Below are positions 27,926-37,362 of a DNA stretch of 64,000 nt, piece by piece. Each line of letters starts with the position of its first letter. Positions within the stretch are counted from its first letter, which is position 1. Under the pieces are notes generated by a model. It did not search any database, was not told the DNA's origin, and saw only the letters and a program-made list of their open reading frames with translations. The stretch covers positions 4,257 to 68,256 of the forward strand of contig JAVVVJ010000002.1 in the NCBI GenBank assembly GCA_036652695.1, read 5' to 3'. Both the position numbers and the translations under genes were made by a program. Origin of the DNA: Clostridia bacterium. GTDB taxonomy: Bacteria > Bacillota > Clostridia > Christensenellales > Aristaeellaceae.

Positions 27926-28969
27926 ATGGAACACGCGAATCAAAAAAGCGAGAGCTTAGGCAAGTGGTTCCTGCGAAAATGGAAAACTGAGCCAATTTTT
28001 TCCACCGGATGCGTGCTCGTTTTGATGGTGATCTTGCAGACGCTTGCGCTCGGGTTCGATTATGAGAGCTTCGGGGCGTGGCTGCAAAGCTGGGGCAAAA
28101 ACTGGATCAACATTCTGCGCAACAACGCGGGCGTTGGCATTGTGGCGTTGGGCATGACATTTGTCATCATTTCTGGCGGCATTGATCTAGCGGTTGGCTC
28201 CACCATGGTTGCCATCGGCGCGGTGATGATGGTGTTCATCGATGGCTCTCCTGATGGTATTTTGACCGCCGTGGGCATCACGGGTGTTCCCGCTTTTATC
28301 ATCGCCATTTTGATTGGTTTGGTTGTCGGCTGCCTGCTAGGCGGAGTTTCCGGCTTGCTGGTCGCAAAGAGCAAGCTTCCTGCCTTTATCGCTACGCTTG
28401 GCATGATGAAGATCTGCCGTAGCGTGACACAGCATTTTATGCAAACCGCCACCACCAAGGTGCCTGTTGAGTTTTTGGCGATTTCCAACACCAAAATTGG
28501 TGGTGAGGTCATTTTACCCATCATCTACTGGCTGCTGATCGCGGTAGCGCTGCATATCGTATCCAAAAAGACGCCTTTTGGTCGGCAGGTGATGGCCATT
28601 GGTTCCAGCGAACGCACGGCGCGCCTCTCTGGTGTGAACGTGGATCGTGTCAAATGCTTGGTTTATGTGTTGATGGGCGCGCTGGTATCCATTACGGCAG
28701 TCATCCAGGTATCGCGCATCGGCAGCATGGACTACGCAAACGCGGGCAGCGGCTATGAGATGGATGCGATTGCGGCGGTCGTGGTAGGCGGCACAAGCAT
28801 GAGCGGCGGGCGCGGCTCCATCTTTGGAACGGTGCTTGGCATGCTGATTATCTCCGTGATGAACAACCTGCTGAACCTTTTGGGCGTTCCGCCCTTCTTG
28901 CGTGAAGCCTTCAAGGGTCTGATCGTGATCGCCGCAGTGCTCATGCAAAAGAAGGAAGCCAACGCATAA
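27926..28969 (+). CDS. Sugar ABC transporter permease (RbsC-like)
   Basis: GGIDLAVGS, IATLGMM and MDAIAAVVVGGTSMSGGRGSIFGT are typical of the ribose/galactose permease family. Confidence 0.9.
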   Translation: MEHANQKSESLGKWFLRKWKTEPIFSTGCVLVLMVILQTLALGFDYESFGAWLQSWGKNWINILRNNAGVGIVALGMTFVIISGGIDLAVGSTMVAIGAVMMVFIDGSPDGILTAVGITGVPAFIIAILIGLVVGCLLGGVSGLLVAKSKLPAFIATLGMMKICRSVTQHFMQTATTKVPVEFLAISNTKIGGEVILPIIYWLLIAVALHIVSKKTPFGRQVMAIGSSERTARLSGVNVDRVKCLVYVLMGALVSITAVIQVSRIGSMDYANAGSGYEMDAIAAVVVGGTSMSGGRGSIFGTVLGMLIISVMNNLLNLLGVPPFLREAFKGLIVIAAVLMQKKEANA

Positions 28970-30060
28970 TGAAGAGCAACAAAGCGGAGGGGGATCGTCC
29001 CGTCATTCCTATTGGTGTGATCGGCTGTGGGAAGATCGCGCAGCTTCGCCATCTGCCGGAATACGCCGAGAACCCAGCGGTGAAAATCCATGGCCTGTAT
29101 GATTTGAACACGGAACGCGCGGAGGAGCTTGCCAAGCAATATGGCGCTAAGGCGTACCAAAGCTTGGAGGCCATGATCAATGACGCGCAGATCCACGCCA
29201 TCAGCGTGTGCTCAGCCAACAACTGCCATGCGGAGCACACGGTGCAGGCGCTTCGCGCCGGCAAGGACGTTTTGTGTGAAAAGCCCATGGCCACCACCCT
29301 TGCCGATTGCGAGCGCATGGTGGAGGCCGCCAACCAGAGCGGGCGTTTTTTAATGATCGATCAAAACCAGCGGCTGGCGGCAGCCCATGTGAAGGGTCGA
29401 GAGCTAATCCGCGCGGGTGCAATCGGCAAGCCCCTTACCTTCCGCACGAGCTTTGGACATGGCGGCCCGGAAACATGGACGGTTGACCCCGGCAAAACCA
29501 TTTGGTTTTTTGATAAGAAACGCGCCGCCATGGGCGTTTTGGCTGACCTTGGCATTCATAAAACGGATCTGATTCAGTTTCTGCTGGATCAAACGGTGGT
29601 GCAAACCACGGCGACGCTTTGCACGCTGGATAAAAAGACGGCGCAAGGCGACCCCATTGATGTGGAGGATAACGCTATTTGCCTCTATCATATGGATGGC
29701 GGCGCCATCGGCACCATGACCGCCTCGTGGACGCATTACGCTCGCGAGGATAATAGCACCGTCATCTGCGGTACGAAGGGCGAACTTCGGCTCTATGATG
29801 ACCCTGCGCATTCGGTTGTGCTATACCAAAAAGGCGTGGCAACGCCCGTTTGCTATGATCTGGACGAGATTCAAACCAACGATGCTCAAAGCAAATCCGG
29901 CGTGATCGATCTGTTTGTGGAAGGGCTGCTGCATCCCGAAAAGCGCGAAATGACTGGTGAAAGCGTATTGAAGGCCATGCGCGCGGTGTTTGCAAGCATT
30001 GAATCCTCACAGACCGGCAGAACCATTCACGTTCATACAAGCAAGGAGGGCGGCCTATGA
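28969..30060 (+). CDS. Gfo/Idh/MocA family NAD(P)-dependent oxidoreductase
   Basis: N-terminal Rossmann fold IGVIGCGKIAQLRHLPE, then DVLCEKPMA (the EKP motif). The start overlaps the permease stop (TAATG). Confidence 0.85.
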   Translation: MKSNKAEGDRPVIPIGVIGCGKIAQLRHLPEYAENPAVKIHGLYDLNTERAEELAKQYGAKAYQSLEAMINDAQIHAISVCSANNCHAEHTVQALRAGKDVLCEKPMATTLADCERMVEAANQSGRFLMIDQNQRLAAAHVKGRELIRAGAIGKPLTFRTSFGHGGPETWTVDPGKTIWFFDKKRAAMGVLADLGIHKTDLIQFLLDQTVVQTTATLCTLDKKTAQGDPIDVEDNAICLYHMDGGAIGTMTASWTHYAREDNSTVICGTKGELRLYDDPAHSVVLYQKGVATPVCYDLDEIQTNDAQSKSGVIDLFVEGLLHPEKREMTGESVLKAMRAVFASIESSQTGRTIHVHTSKEGGL

Positions 30061-30872
30061 AGCGCATCATCGCGGTCAATTCCAATTGCTATCACGGTTT
30101 TTCCATTGAGGATGCCATTCGCGGTATCCACGCGGCGGGTTTTCGCTACATTGAGCTGACGGCCACCAAGGGCTGGACGGAGCATGTTTTTCCCACGGAC
30201 AGCTTTGAGCGGCTGCTGCGCGTGCGCGAACTGCTGCAAGAATACACGCTCGAACCCTTCTCCATGAGCGGGCACTGCAACCTCATGGATACCGCGCGCA
30301 TCCGGGATTTTACGGATAATATCGAGCTTGCGTCCTTCTTTGGATGCCGCTACATCGTTTCCTCCATTGGAGAGGCGCACATCAAGGATGCCGCCACCGT
30401 TGATAATGCCGAGGTGGCGCGCCACATCGCGGCGCTTGTTCCCACGCTTGCTGCGCACAACATGACGTTGGTGCTGGAAACACATGGAAGCGAGCATGGC
30501 TCTGGCGTCATCTTGAGCGATATTGTGAAGCGCGTCGGGAGCGAGCGTGTGCGCATCAATTATGATACGGCGAATGTGCTGTTCTATGGCGACGTTGATT
30601 TGAAGGCCGACCTTACCGCCTGCATGCCTCAGGTGGGTTACATGCACTTGAAGGAGAAGGCGGGCGAGCGCACGGAATGGAACTTCCCGGCGCTTGGGGA
30701 AGGCTGGATTGATTTCCCGATGGTGTTCGATCTTCTAAAGCAAGCAAATAACGAATGCCCGTTCAGCCTGGAAATTGAATTTACGCAAGCGGGCCCCAAG
30801 AGCTTGGAGCAGGTGAACGAGGCTTTGCGCACGAGCGCGAAATACCTCGTTGATCATGGCTTTGCGCTGTAG
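30057..30872 (+). CDS. Sugar phosphate isomerase/epimerase (xylose-isomerase-like TIM barrel, AP_endonuc_2 family)
   Basis: GFRYIELTA ... LVLETHG ... INYDTANVLFYG ... MHLKE. ATGA overlap with the upstream gene. Confidence 0.85.
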   Translation: MKRIIAVNSNCYHGFSIEDAIRGIHAAGFRYIELTATKGWTEHVFPTDSFERLLRVRELLQEYTLEPFSMSGHCNLMDTARIRDFTDNIELASFFGCRYIVSSIGEAHIKDAATVDNAEVARHIAALVPTLAAHNMTLVLETHGSEHGSGVILSDIVKRVGSERVRINYDTANVLFYGDVDLKADLTACMPQVGYMHLKEKAGERTEWNFPALGEGWIDFPMVFDLLKQANNECPFSLEIEFTQAGPKSLEQVNEALRTSAKYLVDHGFAL

Positions 30873-30887
30873 GAGAGGGGGTTTTTC

Positions 30888-31877
30888 ATGAGGATTGCAT
30901 TGGTTGGGCTAGGCGGCATGGGCACGGTACACCACACCAATTATCAGTATATTGAGGAAGCACAGGTGGTTGTGCTGGTTGGCAGGGGCGAGGCGGATGA
31001 GCGGCGCGCCAAGGAATGGAAGCTGCCGCTGTATGCAACCATTACGGAAGCGCTTGCACATGTGGATGTAGACCTTGTTGATATTTGCGCGCCTACCTTT
31101 TTGCACAAGGAGCTGGCGCTGGAAAGCCTCCGTTTACGCAAGCACACGATCACAGAAAAACCAATTGCCCTTCGATTAGCGGACGCGCGGGAGATGTATG
31201 AAACCGCCGAAAGAAACGGCGTACAGCTCTACGTGGCGCATGTGGTGCAGTTCTCCCGTGAGGTTGAGGTGCTACGCGAGGTGACCCGAGAAAAGCGCTA
31301 CGGCGAACCGCTCGACGCAAGCTTTCTGCGCCTAACGGCCTGCCCGGATTGGGTGCAGGGAAGCTGGCTCTTTGAAAAGGAAAAGAGCGGCGTGCTGCCC
31401 TATGACCTGCATATCCATGATTTGGATGTGATCGTTAGCCTTTTTGGCGAACCTAAGGAGGCGCGCTATACGAGCTGCGGCGGAAAGGGAAAGCACTATC
31501 GCGAGCAGTACCGCTTTACCTACTTCTTTGATACGCTGCATGTCAATGCGGAGGCCTCATGGTTTAACGTGGATATTCCCTTTACCGCGCAGTGGCGCGT
31601 TTACTACGAAAACGGGCTGCTCTGGTACGATGGTAATCACGTGACCGGCTACGCCAAGGGAGCGCCGCCCGAGGTTTTTGATACCGAGGAGAAGGTCAAA
31701 ATTCCAACGGGCATTAACGTGCCGCCTACCGGTTGGTTTCTCAATGAGCTCACGCATTTCCTGCGCTGCGCCAAAGCGGGCATCCCATCCGATCGGGTGC
31801 CAAAGGAGCAGGTGCTCTGCGTGATCAAGGTGCTGGAAAAAATTACAGATCAGGCAGATTGCACCATCCAGTTTTGA
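30888..31877 (+). CDS. Gfo/Idh/MocA family oxidoreductase (second copy)
   Basis: MRIALVGLGGMGTVH Rossmann N-terminus and ITEKPIAL (the EKP motif). Confidence 0.8.
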   Translation: MRIALVGLGGMGTVHHTNYQYIEEAQVVVLVGRGEADERRAKEWKLPLYATITEALAHVDVDLVDICAPTFLHKELALESLRLRKHTITEKPIALRLADAREMYETAERNGVQLYVAHVVQFSREVEVLREVTREKRYGEPLDASFLRLTACPDWVQGSWLFEKEKSGVLPYDLHIHDLDVIVSLFGEPKEARYTSCGGKGKHYREQYRFTYFFDTLHVNAEASWFNVDIPFTAQWRVYYENGLLWYDGNHVTGYAKGAPPEVFDTEEKVKIPTGINVPPTGWFLNELTHFLRCAKAGIPSDRVPKEQVLCVIKVLEKITDQADCTIQF

Positions 31878-31915
31878 CCAAAACCTACAATTGCAGCAAG
31901 GGGAGGTTCACATCA

Positions 31916-33226
31916 ATGCGCACACGGCTCACCCATATTTGCATGACGCCCGGCGTCACCAACGAGCGCCATCTTACCTTTATTCCAGATGCGGAAATCT
32001 TGATTGACCAAGCGCGCATCATCTATGCGGGCGCAAGGGAAAATGCTCCGGCCTTTGAGGCGGAAAAAACCATCGATGGGCATGGCGCGGTTGCCCTGCC
32101 CGGGTTTTGCAACCTGCATACGCATACGCCCATGACGCTTTTGCGTAGCATCGGCAGCGATTTGCCGTTGGATCGCTGGCTGAATGAGGCGATTTTTCCC
32201 GTTGAAAAGCATTTGACGGATGATGCGGTGCGCGCGGGCACGGATCTTGGCATCATGGAAATGCTGCGCTACGGCACAACCTCTTTTAACGACATGTACA
32301 TGCATATGGACATGGTGGCTCAAAGTGTGCGGGATAGCGGCATGCGTGCGCTGCTTGGCCATGGCGTTGTGGACTTTGACGAGAGCTGTGCGGATCTAGA
32401 GCCGGGTATTGCCTTTGCGAGGAAGTGGCACGGAAGCGCTAACGACCGCATTCGCGTGAGCATTGCGCCGCATAGCGAGGGAGCGACCACGCAAAAGCTT
32501 TTGCAACGCGTGAAGCAGGTTGCCGATGAGCTTGGTCTGGCGATTCATATCCATGTTTCCGAAACGAAGCTGGATCACGAGGGAAGCCTTGCCCGCCGCG
32601 CCGCCACGCCGACGCAGTATCTGGAGCGCCTCGGCCTTTTGGAGCGCCCTGTGATTGCCGCGCATTGCGTGTGGGCTTCGGATGAGGACATCGCGCTGTT
32701 TGCAAAATACGGCGTGACCATCGCACATAATCCCGTCAGCAATTTAAAGCTTGCCAGCGGCATCGCGCCCATTGCGAAGATGCTTCAGGCGGGCTGCAAG
32801 GTGGCGCTTGGCACGGATGGCGTTGCCAGCAACAACAACCTTAACCTCTGGGAAGAAATGAAGCTCATGCCAATGCTGCAAAAGGGGACGACGCTTGATC
32901 CCACCGTGGTAACGCCCGCGCAAACCATTGCGGCGGCTACCAGCGTTGGCGCAAGAGCGATGGGCTATGAGGATCTGGGGCTGCTGAAACCGGGCTTCCG
33001 TGCCGATCTGCTGCTGATCAACCTTTCTGGCGCAAACGTCTGCCCCAATAACGATCCGGAGAGCGATCTCATCTACGCCTCGCAAGGCAGCGATGTTACC
33101 TTGACGATGGTGGATGGCAAGGTGCTCTATCAGGAGGGCGAATTTACGACGCTGAACCCCAAGCTTGTGCTGGCGCGCGCCAAGAGGGAAGCGGAGCTTC
33201 TCTTTGAGCGGGCGCGCAGAGCATAG
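31916..33226 (+). CDS. Amidohydrolase, MtaD-like (5-methylthioadenosine/S-adenosylhomocysteine deaminase family)
   Basis: ATG follows AAGGGGAGG. PGFCNLHTHTPMTLLRSIGSDLPLDRWL, HVSETK and GTDGVASNN are metal-ligand motifs of the ATZ/TRZ-type deaminase subfamily. Confidence 0.8.
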   Translation: MRTRLTHICMTPGVTNERHLTFIPDAEILIDQARIIYAGARENAPAFEAEKTIDGHGAVALPGFCNLHTHTPMTLLRSIGSDLPLDRWLNEAIFPVEKHLTDDAVRAGTDLGIMEMLRYGTTSFNDMYMHMDMVAQSVRDSGMRALLGHGVVDFDESCADLEPGIAFARKWHGSANDRIRVSIAPHSEGATTQKLLQRVKQVADELGLAIHIHVSETKLDHEGSLARRAATPTQYLERLGLLERPVIAAHCVWASDEDIALFAKYGVTIAHNPVSNLKLASGIAPIAKMLQAGCKVALGTDGVASNNNLNLWEEMKLMPMLQKGTTLDPTVVTPAQTIAAATSVGARAMGYEDLGLLKPGFRADLLLINLSGANVCPNNDPESDLIYASQGSDVTLTMVDGKVLYQEGEFTTLNPKLVLARAKREAELLFERARRA

Positions 33227-33230
33227 CCAC

Positions 33231-34451
33231 ATGAAGGTACTGGTGGTTTGCCAGCATTACTGGCCGGAGAACTTTCGCGTTACGGAAATCTGCGAAACGT
33301 TGGTGGAGCGTGGTCATCAGGTAACCGCCGTGGTGGGTTTGCCCAACTATCCGTCCGGCACAGTGCCAACGGAATACAAGCACTTTGGAAATCGCAGGCA
33401 GGAGCATAACGGCGTCCTCATCCGCCGATGCATGGAGATTGGCCGCAGACCCACCAAGCTCGGCCTCGCGGTGAACTACGTGAGCTATATGCTGAGCGCT
33501 TGCTGGAAAGTTCTGTGGCTTCGGCGAGATTATGACGTTGTGTACGCCTATTCCACTTCCCCTGTTTTGATGAGCTTGCCCGCCGCCTTTTTGCGGTGCT
33601 TTTCTCATAAGCCGCTGATGATTTACGTGCTGGACATCTGGCCTGCGTGCCTCGCAGCGATGAATGTAGGGGAGAACACGGCGTTCTATGCCTTCATGAA
33701 GCGTGTGAGCCATTGGGTATATGGCAAGGCGGATCGGCTGATCTACTCCTCCAAGCGCTTTCAACAATATTTGCTGGATGTGCATGGCATTGCGGTGAGC
33801 GATGCGCAGTACATGCCGCAGTTTGCCGATGCGCTCTTTGACCGCGCACTAGCGGCACATATACCCTCAAAGCGGCTACAGCTGGTTTTCGCGGGCAACA
33901 TCGGCAAGGTACAGGCGGTGGAGGTGCTGCTGGAGGCGGCGGCGCTGCTGCTGGATGAGCCAATCCACTGGCATATTGTGGGGGATGGTTCCAACGAGCC
34001 CGCCTGTAAGAAGCTGGCCGCACAGCTGCATCTGGGCGACGCGGTCACTTTCCACGGCTATCGGCCGCTGGAAGAAATGCCCGATTTTTACGCCATGGCA
34101 GATGGCATGCTCGTTAGCATGCGCAACGATCTTAGCGTAAACGATACTTTACCCGGCAAGGTGCAAAGCTATATGGCTGCCGGAAAGCCCGTACTCGGCT
34201 CTATCGCCGGGGAAACCCCCTATGTGATTGATCAGGCAAAATGCGGCCTGTGCGTGCCGCCGGAAAACCCGCAGGCGTTAGCGGATGCCGTGCGTCGCTT
34301 TCTGGCGTTGTCACCCGCCGAGCGCGAATGCATGGGGCAGCGCGGAAAAGCGTATTATGCCGCGCATTTTACCAAAAAGGATCATATGGATAGGCTGGAA
34401 GCCATGCTGCTGGAGCTGGCAAAGGAAGGCGGGCAACATGCGCGTATTTGA
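33231..34451 (+). CDS. Glycosyltransferase family 4 (WbuB/WcaI-like)
   Basis: MKVLVVCQHYWPENFRVTEICETLVERGHQVT, with a C-terminal E-x7-E-like region. It starts 4 nt after the deaminase stop. Confidence 0.85.
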   Translation: MKVLVVCQHYWPENFRVTEICETLVERGHQVTAVVGLPNYPSGTVPTEYKHFGNRRQEHNGVLIRRCMEIGRRPTKLGLAVNYVSYMLSACWKVLWLRRDYDVVYAYSTSPVLMSLPAAFLRCFSHKPLMIYVLDIWPACLAAMNVGENTAFYAFMKRVSHWVYGKADRLIYSSKRFQQYLLDVHGIAVSDAQYMPQFADALFDRALAAHIPSKRLQLVFAGNIGKVQAVEVLLEAAALLLDEPIHWHIVGDGSNEPACKKLAAQLHLGDAVTFHGYRPLEEMPDFYAMADGMLVSMRNDLSVNDTLPGKVQSYMAAGKPVLGSIAGETPYVIDQAKCGLCVPPENPQALADAVRRFLALSPAERECMGQRGKAYYAAHFTKKDHMDRLEAMLLELAKEGGQHARI

Positions 34452-35640
34452 GCTAAACACCTTTTGCGGCATCAAGAGCACCGGGCGCATCACCACCGAG
34501 ATCGCCAAGCTTGTGGCGGCAGATGGCGGTCAATGCAAAATTGGCTATGGGGCGGGTCATGTGCCAATGGAGCTGGAGCACTTCGCGTGCCGCATTGGCA
34601 CACCTTGGGAGCGCAAGCTGCACGGGGCGATGCGTAAGCTGCTGGATGGCGAGGGCTACGGAAGCCAGCTTGGCACAAAAAAACTGATAGAACAAATGCG
34701 GGCGTTTCAGCCAGAGCTGGTACATCTGCACAACCTGCATGGCTGCTACCTGAATTTGCAAATGCTGTTTTCCTACCTGCAAAAGGCAAAGCTGCCCGTG
34801 GTATGGACGCTGCATGATTGCTGGCCGTTTACGGGTCACTGTGCGTATTTTGATTATGCCCGCTGCGAAAAATGGCAGACGGGCTGTTTTGCGTGCCCGC
34901 AACAGCGCGGCTATCCCACCTGCATTGGGTTGGATGGTTCGCGGCGCAACTATGCGCACAAAAAGGCGCTTTTCACAGCGCTGGAGCAAATGGTCTTTGT
35001 GGCACCCTGCGAATGGATGAGGGGGCCGCTTGCAAACTCCTTTTTTGCAAAATACCCCGTGCGCGTAATCCCAAACGGCGTGGATCGCGCGGTTTTTAAG
35101 CCCGTCCAAAGCGATTTGCGCGAACGCTATGCGCCGCGGGGTCAGCGAATCGCGCTTGCGGTTGCATCGGAATGGGATGAGCGCAAGGGACTGCGCTACC
35201 TGATCGAAGCGTCCAAGCGCATGAAAGATTGCCTCTTTGTGGTGATTGGCCTTTCCGCAGAGCAGGCGGGTGCTTTGCCCGGCGGTATGCTGGGTATCGC
35301 GCATACCCAAAGCGCCAACGAACTAGCGGCATGGTATACGGCGGCGGACTGCCTTGTCAACCCAACCATGGAGGACAACATGCCCATGGTGAATTTGGAA
35401 GCGCTTGCGTGCGGCACGCCAGTGGTCGTTTTCCGTACCGGCGGCTGCCCGGAGGCCGTGGATAACGCCTGCGGAGCGGTGGTGGAGCAAGGCAGCGTAG
35501 ACGAGCTTTGCGGTGCGATTGAACGCCTATCCGCCCAAAAAGCCAGTTTACGAGAGGGCTGTCTGTTGCGTGCGGAGCGCTTTGACAGCCGCCTGACCTT
35601 TCAGGCCTATGTGGACTTATATAAGGAGCTGTGCCGATGA
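34438..35640 (+). CDS. Glycosyltransferase (GT4-like with Cys-rich insert)
   Basis: HLHNLHGCY...WTLHDCWPFTGHCAYFDYARCEKWQTGCFACPQ, with a C-terminal GT-B half (NPTMEDNMPMVNLEALACGTPVV). The start overlaps the upstream gene. Confidence 0.8.
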   Translation: MRVFELNTFCGIKSTGRITTEIAKLVAADGGQCKIGYGAGHVPMELEHFACRIGTPWERKLHGAMRKLLDGEGYGSQLGTKKLIEQMRAFQPELVHLHNLHGCYLNLQMLFSYLQKAKLPVVWTLHDCWPFTGHCAYFDYARCEKWQTGCFACPQQRGYPTCIGLDGSRRNYAHKKALFTALEQMVFVAPCEWMRGPLANSFFAKYPVRVIPNGVDRAVFKPVQSDLRERYAPRGQRIALAVASEWDERKGLRYLIEASKRMKDCLFVVIGLSAEQAGALPGGMLGIAHTQSANELAAWYTAADCLVNPTMEDNMPMVNLEALACGTPVVVFRTGGCPEAVDNACGAVVEQGSVDELCGAIERLSAQKASLREGCLLRAERFDSRLTFQAYVDLYKELCR

Positions 35641-36869
35641 ACGTGCTGTTGATGACGCTCATGTATTCACCGGATACCATCGCGGAAGTCGCCCGCCTGT
35701 CAAGGGACGGCCTGCAAAACCAAATCAATAGCTATCAGCGCGCGTTTATCAGCGGCATTGATCAGAACCTGCGGCAAAACGAGCATTTGGATATTCTCAA
35801 CGCGCTGCCCGTTGGCGTTTTTCCGACGCGCTACCGCAAGCTCTTTTTAAAGGGTGGCATGCATGGTCAGCGTATGCGGGAGCTTGGCGGGGTGAACCTG
35901 CCGTGGCTCAAGCAGCAAGGCCGCCGCATCGGCGCGGAGCGCGAGCTGCTGCGTTGGACAGCGCGGGACGCAGCAAACCGCACCGTGCTTCTTTACACGC
36001 TTTATTTGCCCTATATGCAGGCCATAGCGGCGGTCAAGCGCAAGGTGCCAGACCTTCGTGCTTGCGTTATCGTAACGGATTTGCCAAACGAGCTGGGCAT
36101 TTCCTCCGGTCGCAGGGGGCTGCTCAAGCGCGTGGAGTACGCAATGGGCGACAAGCGCATCGGGCTTTGCGCTGCCTTTGACGGCTTTGTGCTGCTGACC
36201 GAGGCCATGGGAGAAGCGCTGCCCATTGCTGGCAAGCAAAGCATTGTGATTGAAGGCCTGATCCTACCGAATGAAAAAACCGAGCAAGGCCCTGCTTGCG
36301 GTGCGGATTTGCCCGAAGCTGAGGCTTTGGCCACCCAAGCGCCCGCCGTATTGTATACAGGAACGCTGAACCAAGAGCTGGGCATAGACGAGCTATTGAG
36401 TGCTTTTGCGGATTTGCCCGAGTATGAGCTTTGGCTATGCGGCAAGGGCGATATGGAAACAGAGATACGCCGCATGGCGGCTCAATATCCAAATATCCGC
36501 TTTTACGGCTTTGTATCGCAGGAGGAAGCTCTGCGATTGCAAGGCCGCGCGGCGGTGCTGATCAACCCGCGCTCGCCAGAGGGGGTATTTACGCGCTACT
36601 CTTTTCCCAGCAAGACGCTGGAATATTTGCGCTCCGGCAAGCCCGTGCTCTGCCGCCGCCTAGCGGGTATTCCGCAGGCGTATGACGATTATCTTTACTA
36701 CATCGAAAAGCCCGGCGCGGCTGGCATACGGGATGCCGTGCACGGGCTGCTCGCCCAGCCGCCGCAGGCACGTGCGCAGCGCGGCGAGGCGGGTCGTTGT
36801 TACGTATTGGCGCACAAGAACCCGCGCGTGCAGTGCGAGCGCCTACTAGCGATGCTGCGCGGGCTATGA
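35637..36869 (+). CDS. Glycosyltransferase (GT-B fold, GT1/GT4-like)
   Basis: ATGA overlap with the upstream GT, and AAGGAG lies 8 nt upstream. The C-terminal half LINPRSPEGVFTRYSFPSKTLEYLRSGKPVL is GT-B-like. Confidence 0.8.
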   Translation: MNVLLMTLMYSPDTIAEVARLSRDGLQNQINSYQRAFISGIDQNLRQNEHLDILNALPVGVFPTRYRKLFLKGGMHGQRMRELGGVNLPWLKQQGRRIGAERELLRWTARDAANRTVLLYTLYLPYMQAIAAVKRKVPDLRACVIVTDLPNELGISSGRRGLLKRVEYAMGDKRIGLCAAFDGFVLLTEAMGEALPIAGKQSIVIEGLILPNEKTEQGPACGADLPEAEALATQAPAVLYTGTLNQELGIDELLSAFADLPEYELWLCGKGDMETEIRRMAAQYPNIRFYGFVSQEEALRLQGRAAVLINPRSPEGVFTRYSFPSKTLEYLRSGKPVLCRRLAGIPQAYDDYLYYIEKPGAAGIRDAVHGLLAQPPQARAQRGEAGRCYVLAHKNPRVQCERLLAMLRGL

Positions 36870-37247
36870 AAACGTCCGAAAGCCATCGGCGCGCATTTCC
36901 GCTTGCTTCATGCGGGCGATCACTGCGTCGTACTGCCGGTGCCGTATTTTCTGAATGTCGTTTGTCGAGAGGATGGGCTGGGTTGTTCGCTGTTCACGCG
37001 GAGGCTCTCGTTGCGCCGGGGCGGCTTTGGAGCTGGGCTTTGCCGCAGACGTGGCCTGTGCCACCGGCTGAGCCTGCGCCGCGCAAGCGGGCTCCTGCAT
37101 CGCCGCAGCTACGCCGCTTGGTTCCGCCTCCATCGATGTATCAACGCTGCCATGTACATAGGGCAGGCAGATGCTTTGGTATTCCAGCCATTTAATTTGT
37201 CGATCAGCGCCGATCAGCGCGGCAAAGGGCGATACACGACCGCTCAT
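36864..37247 (-). CDS. Hypothetical 127-aa protein with an Ala/Pro/Gln-rich low-complexity centre
   Basis: Strong RBS GGAGGAGGG lies 8 nt before ATG at 37247. I recognised no family. The 3' end overlaps the convergent GT gene by 6 nt. Confidence 0.55.
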   Translation of the reverse strand: MSGRVSPFAALIGADRQIKWLEYQSICLPYVHGSVDTSMEAEPSGVAAAMQEPACAAQAQPVAQATSAAKPSSKAAPAQREPPREQRTTQPILSTNDIQKIRHRQYDAVIARMKQAEMRADGFRTFS

Positions 37248-37308
37248 GGAATTCCCTCCTCCTACAAAATAAAAAAGATCGCAAGAAACGGTTACGCTTC
37301 AAGGTATG

Positions 37309-37346
37309 CAAAAGCGCCATGCCCGTGCGGGCGCGGCGCTTTTGCG
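37309..37346 (-). terminator. Stem-loop downstream of psuG (no clear U-tract)
   Basis: A perfect 11-bp stem: GCAAAAGCGCC (37309-37319) pairs with GGCGCTTTTGC (37336-37346). Confidence 0.5.
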
Positions 37347-37362
37347 TAGAGGGAAAGTGCAA

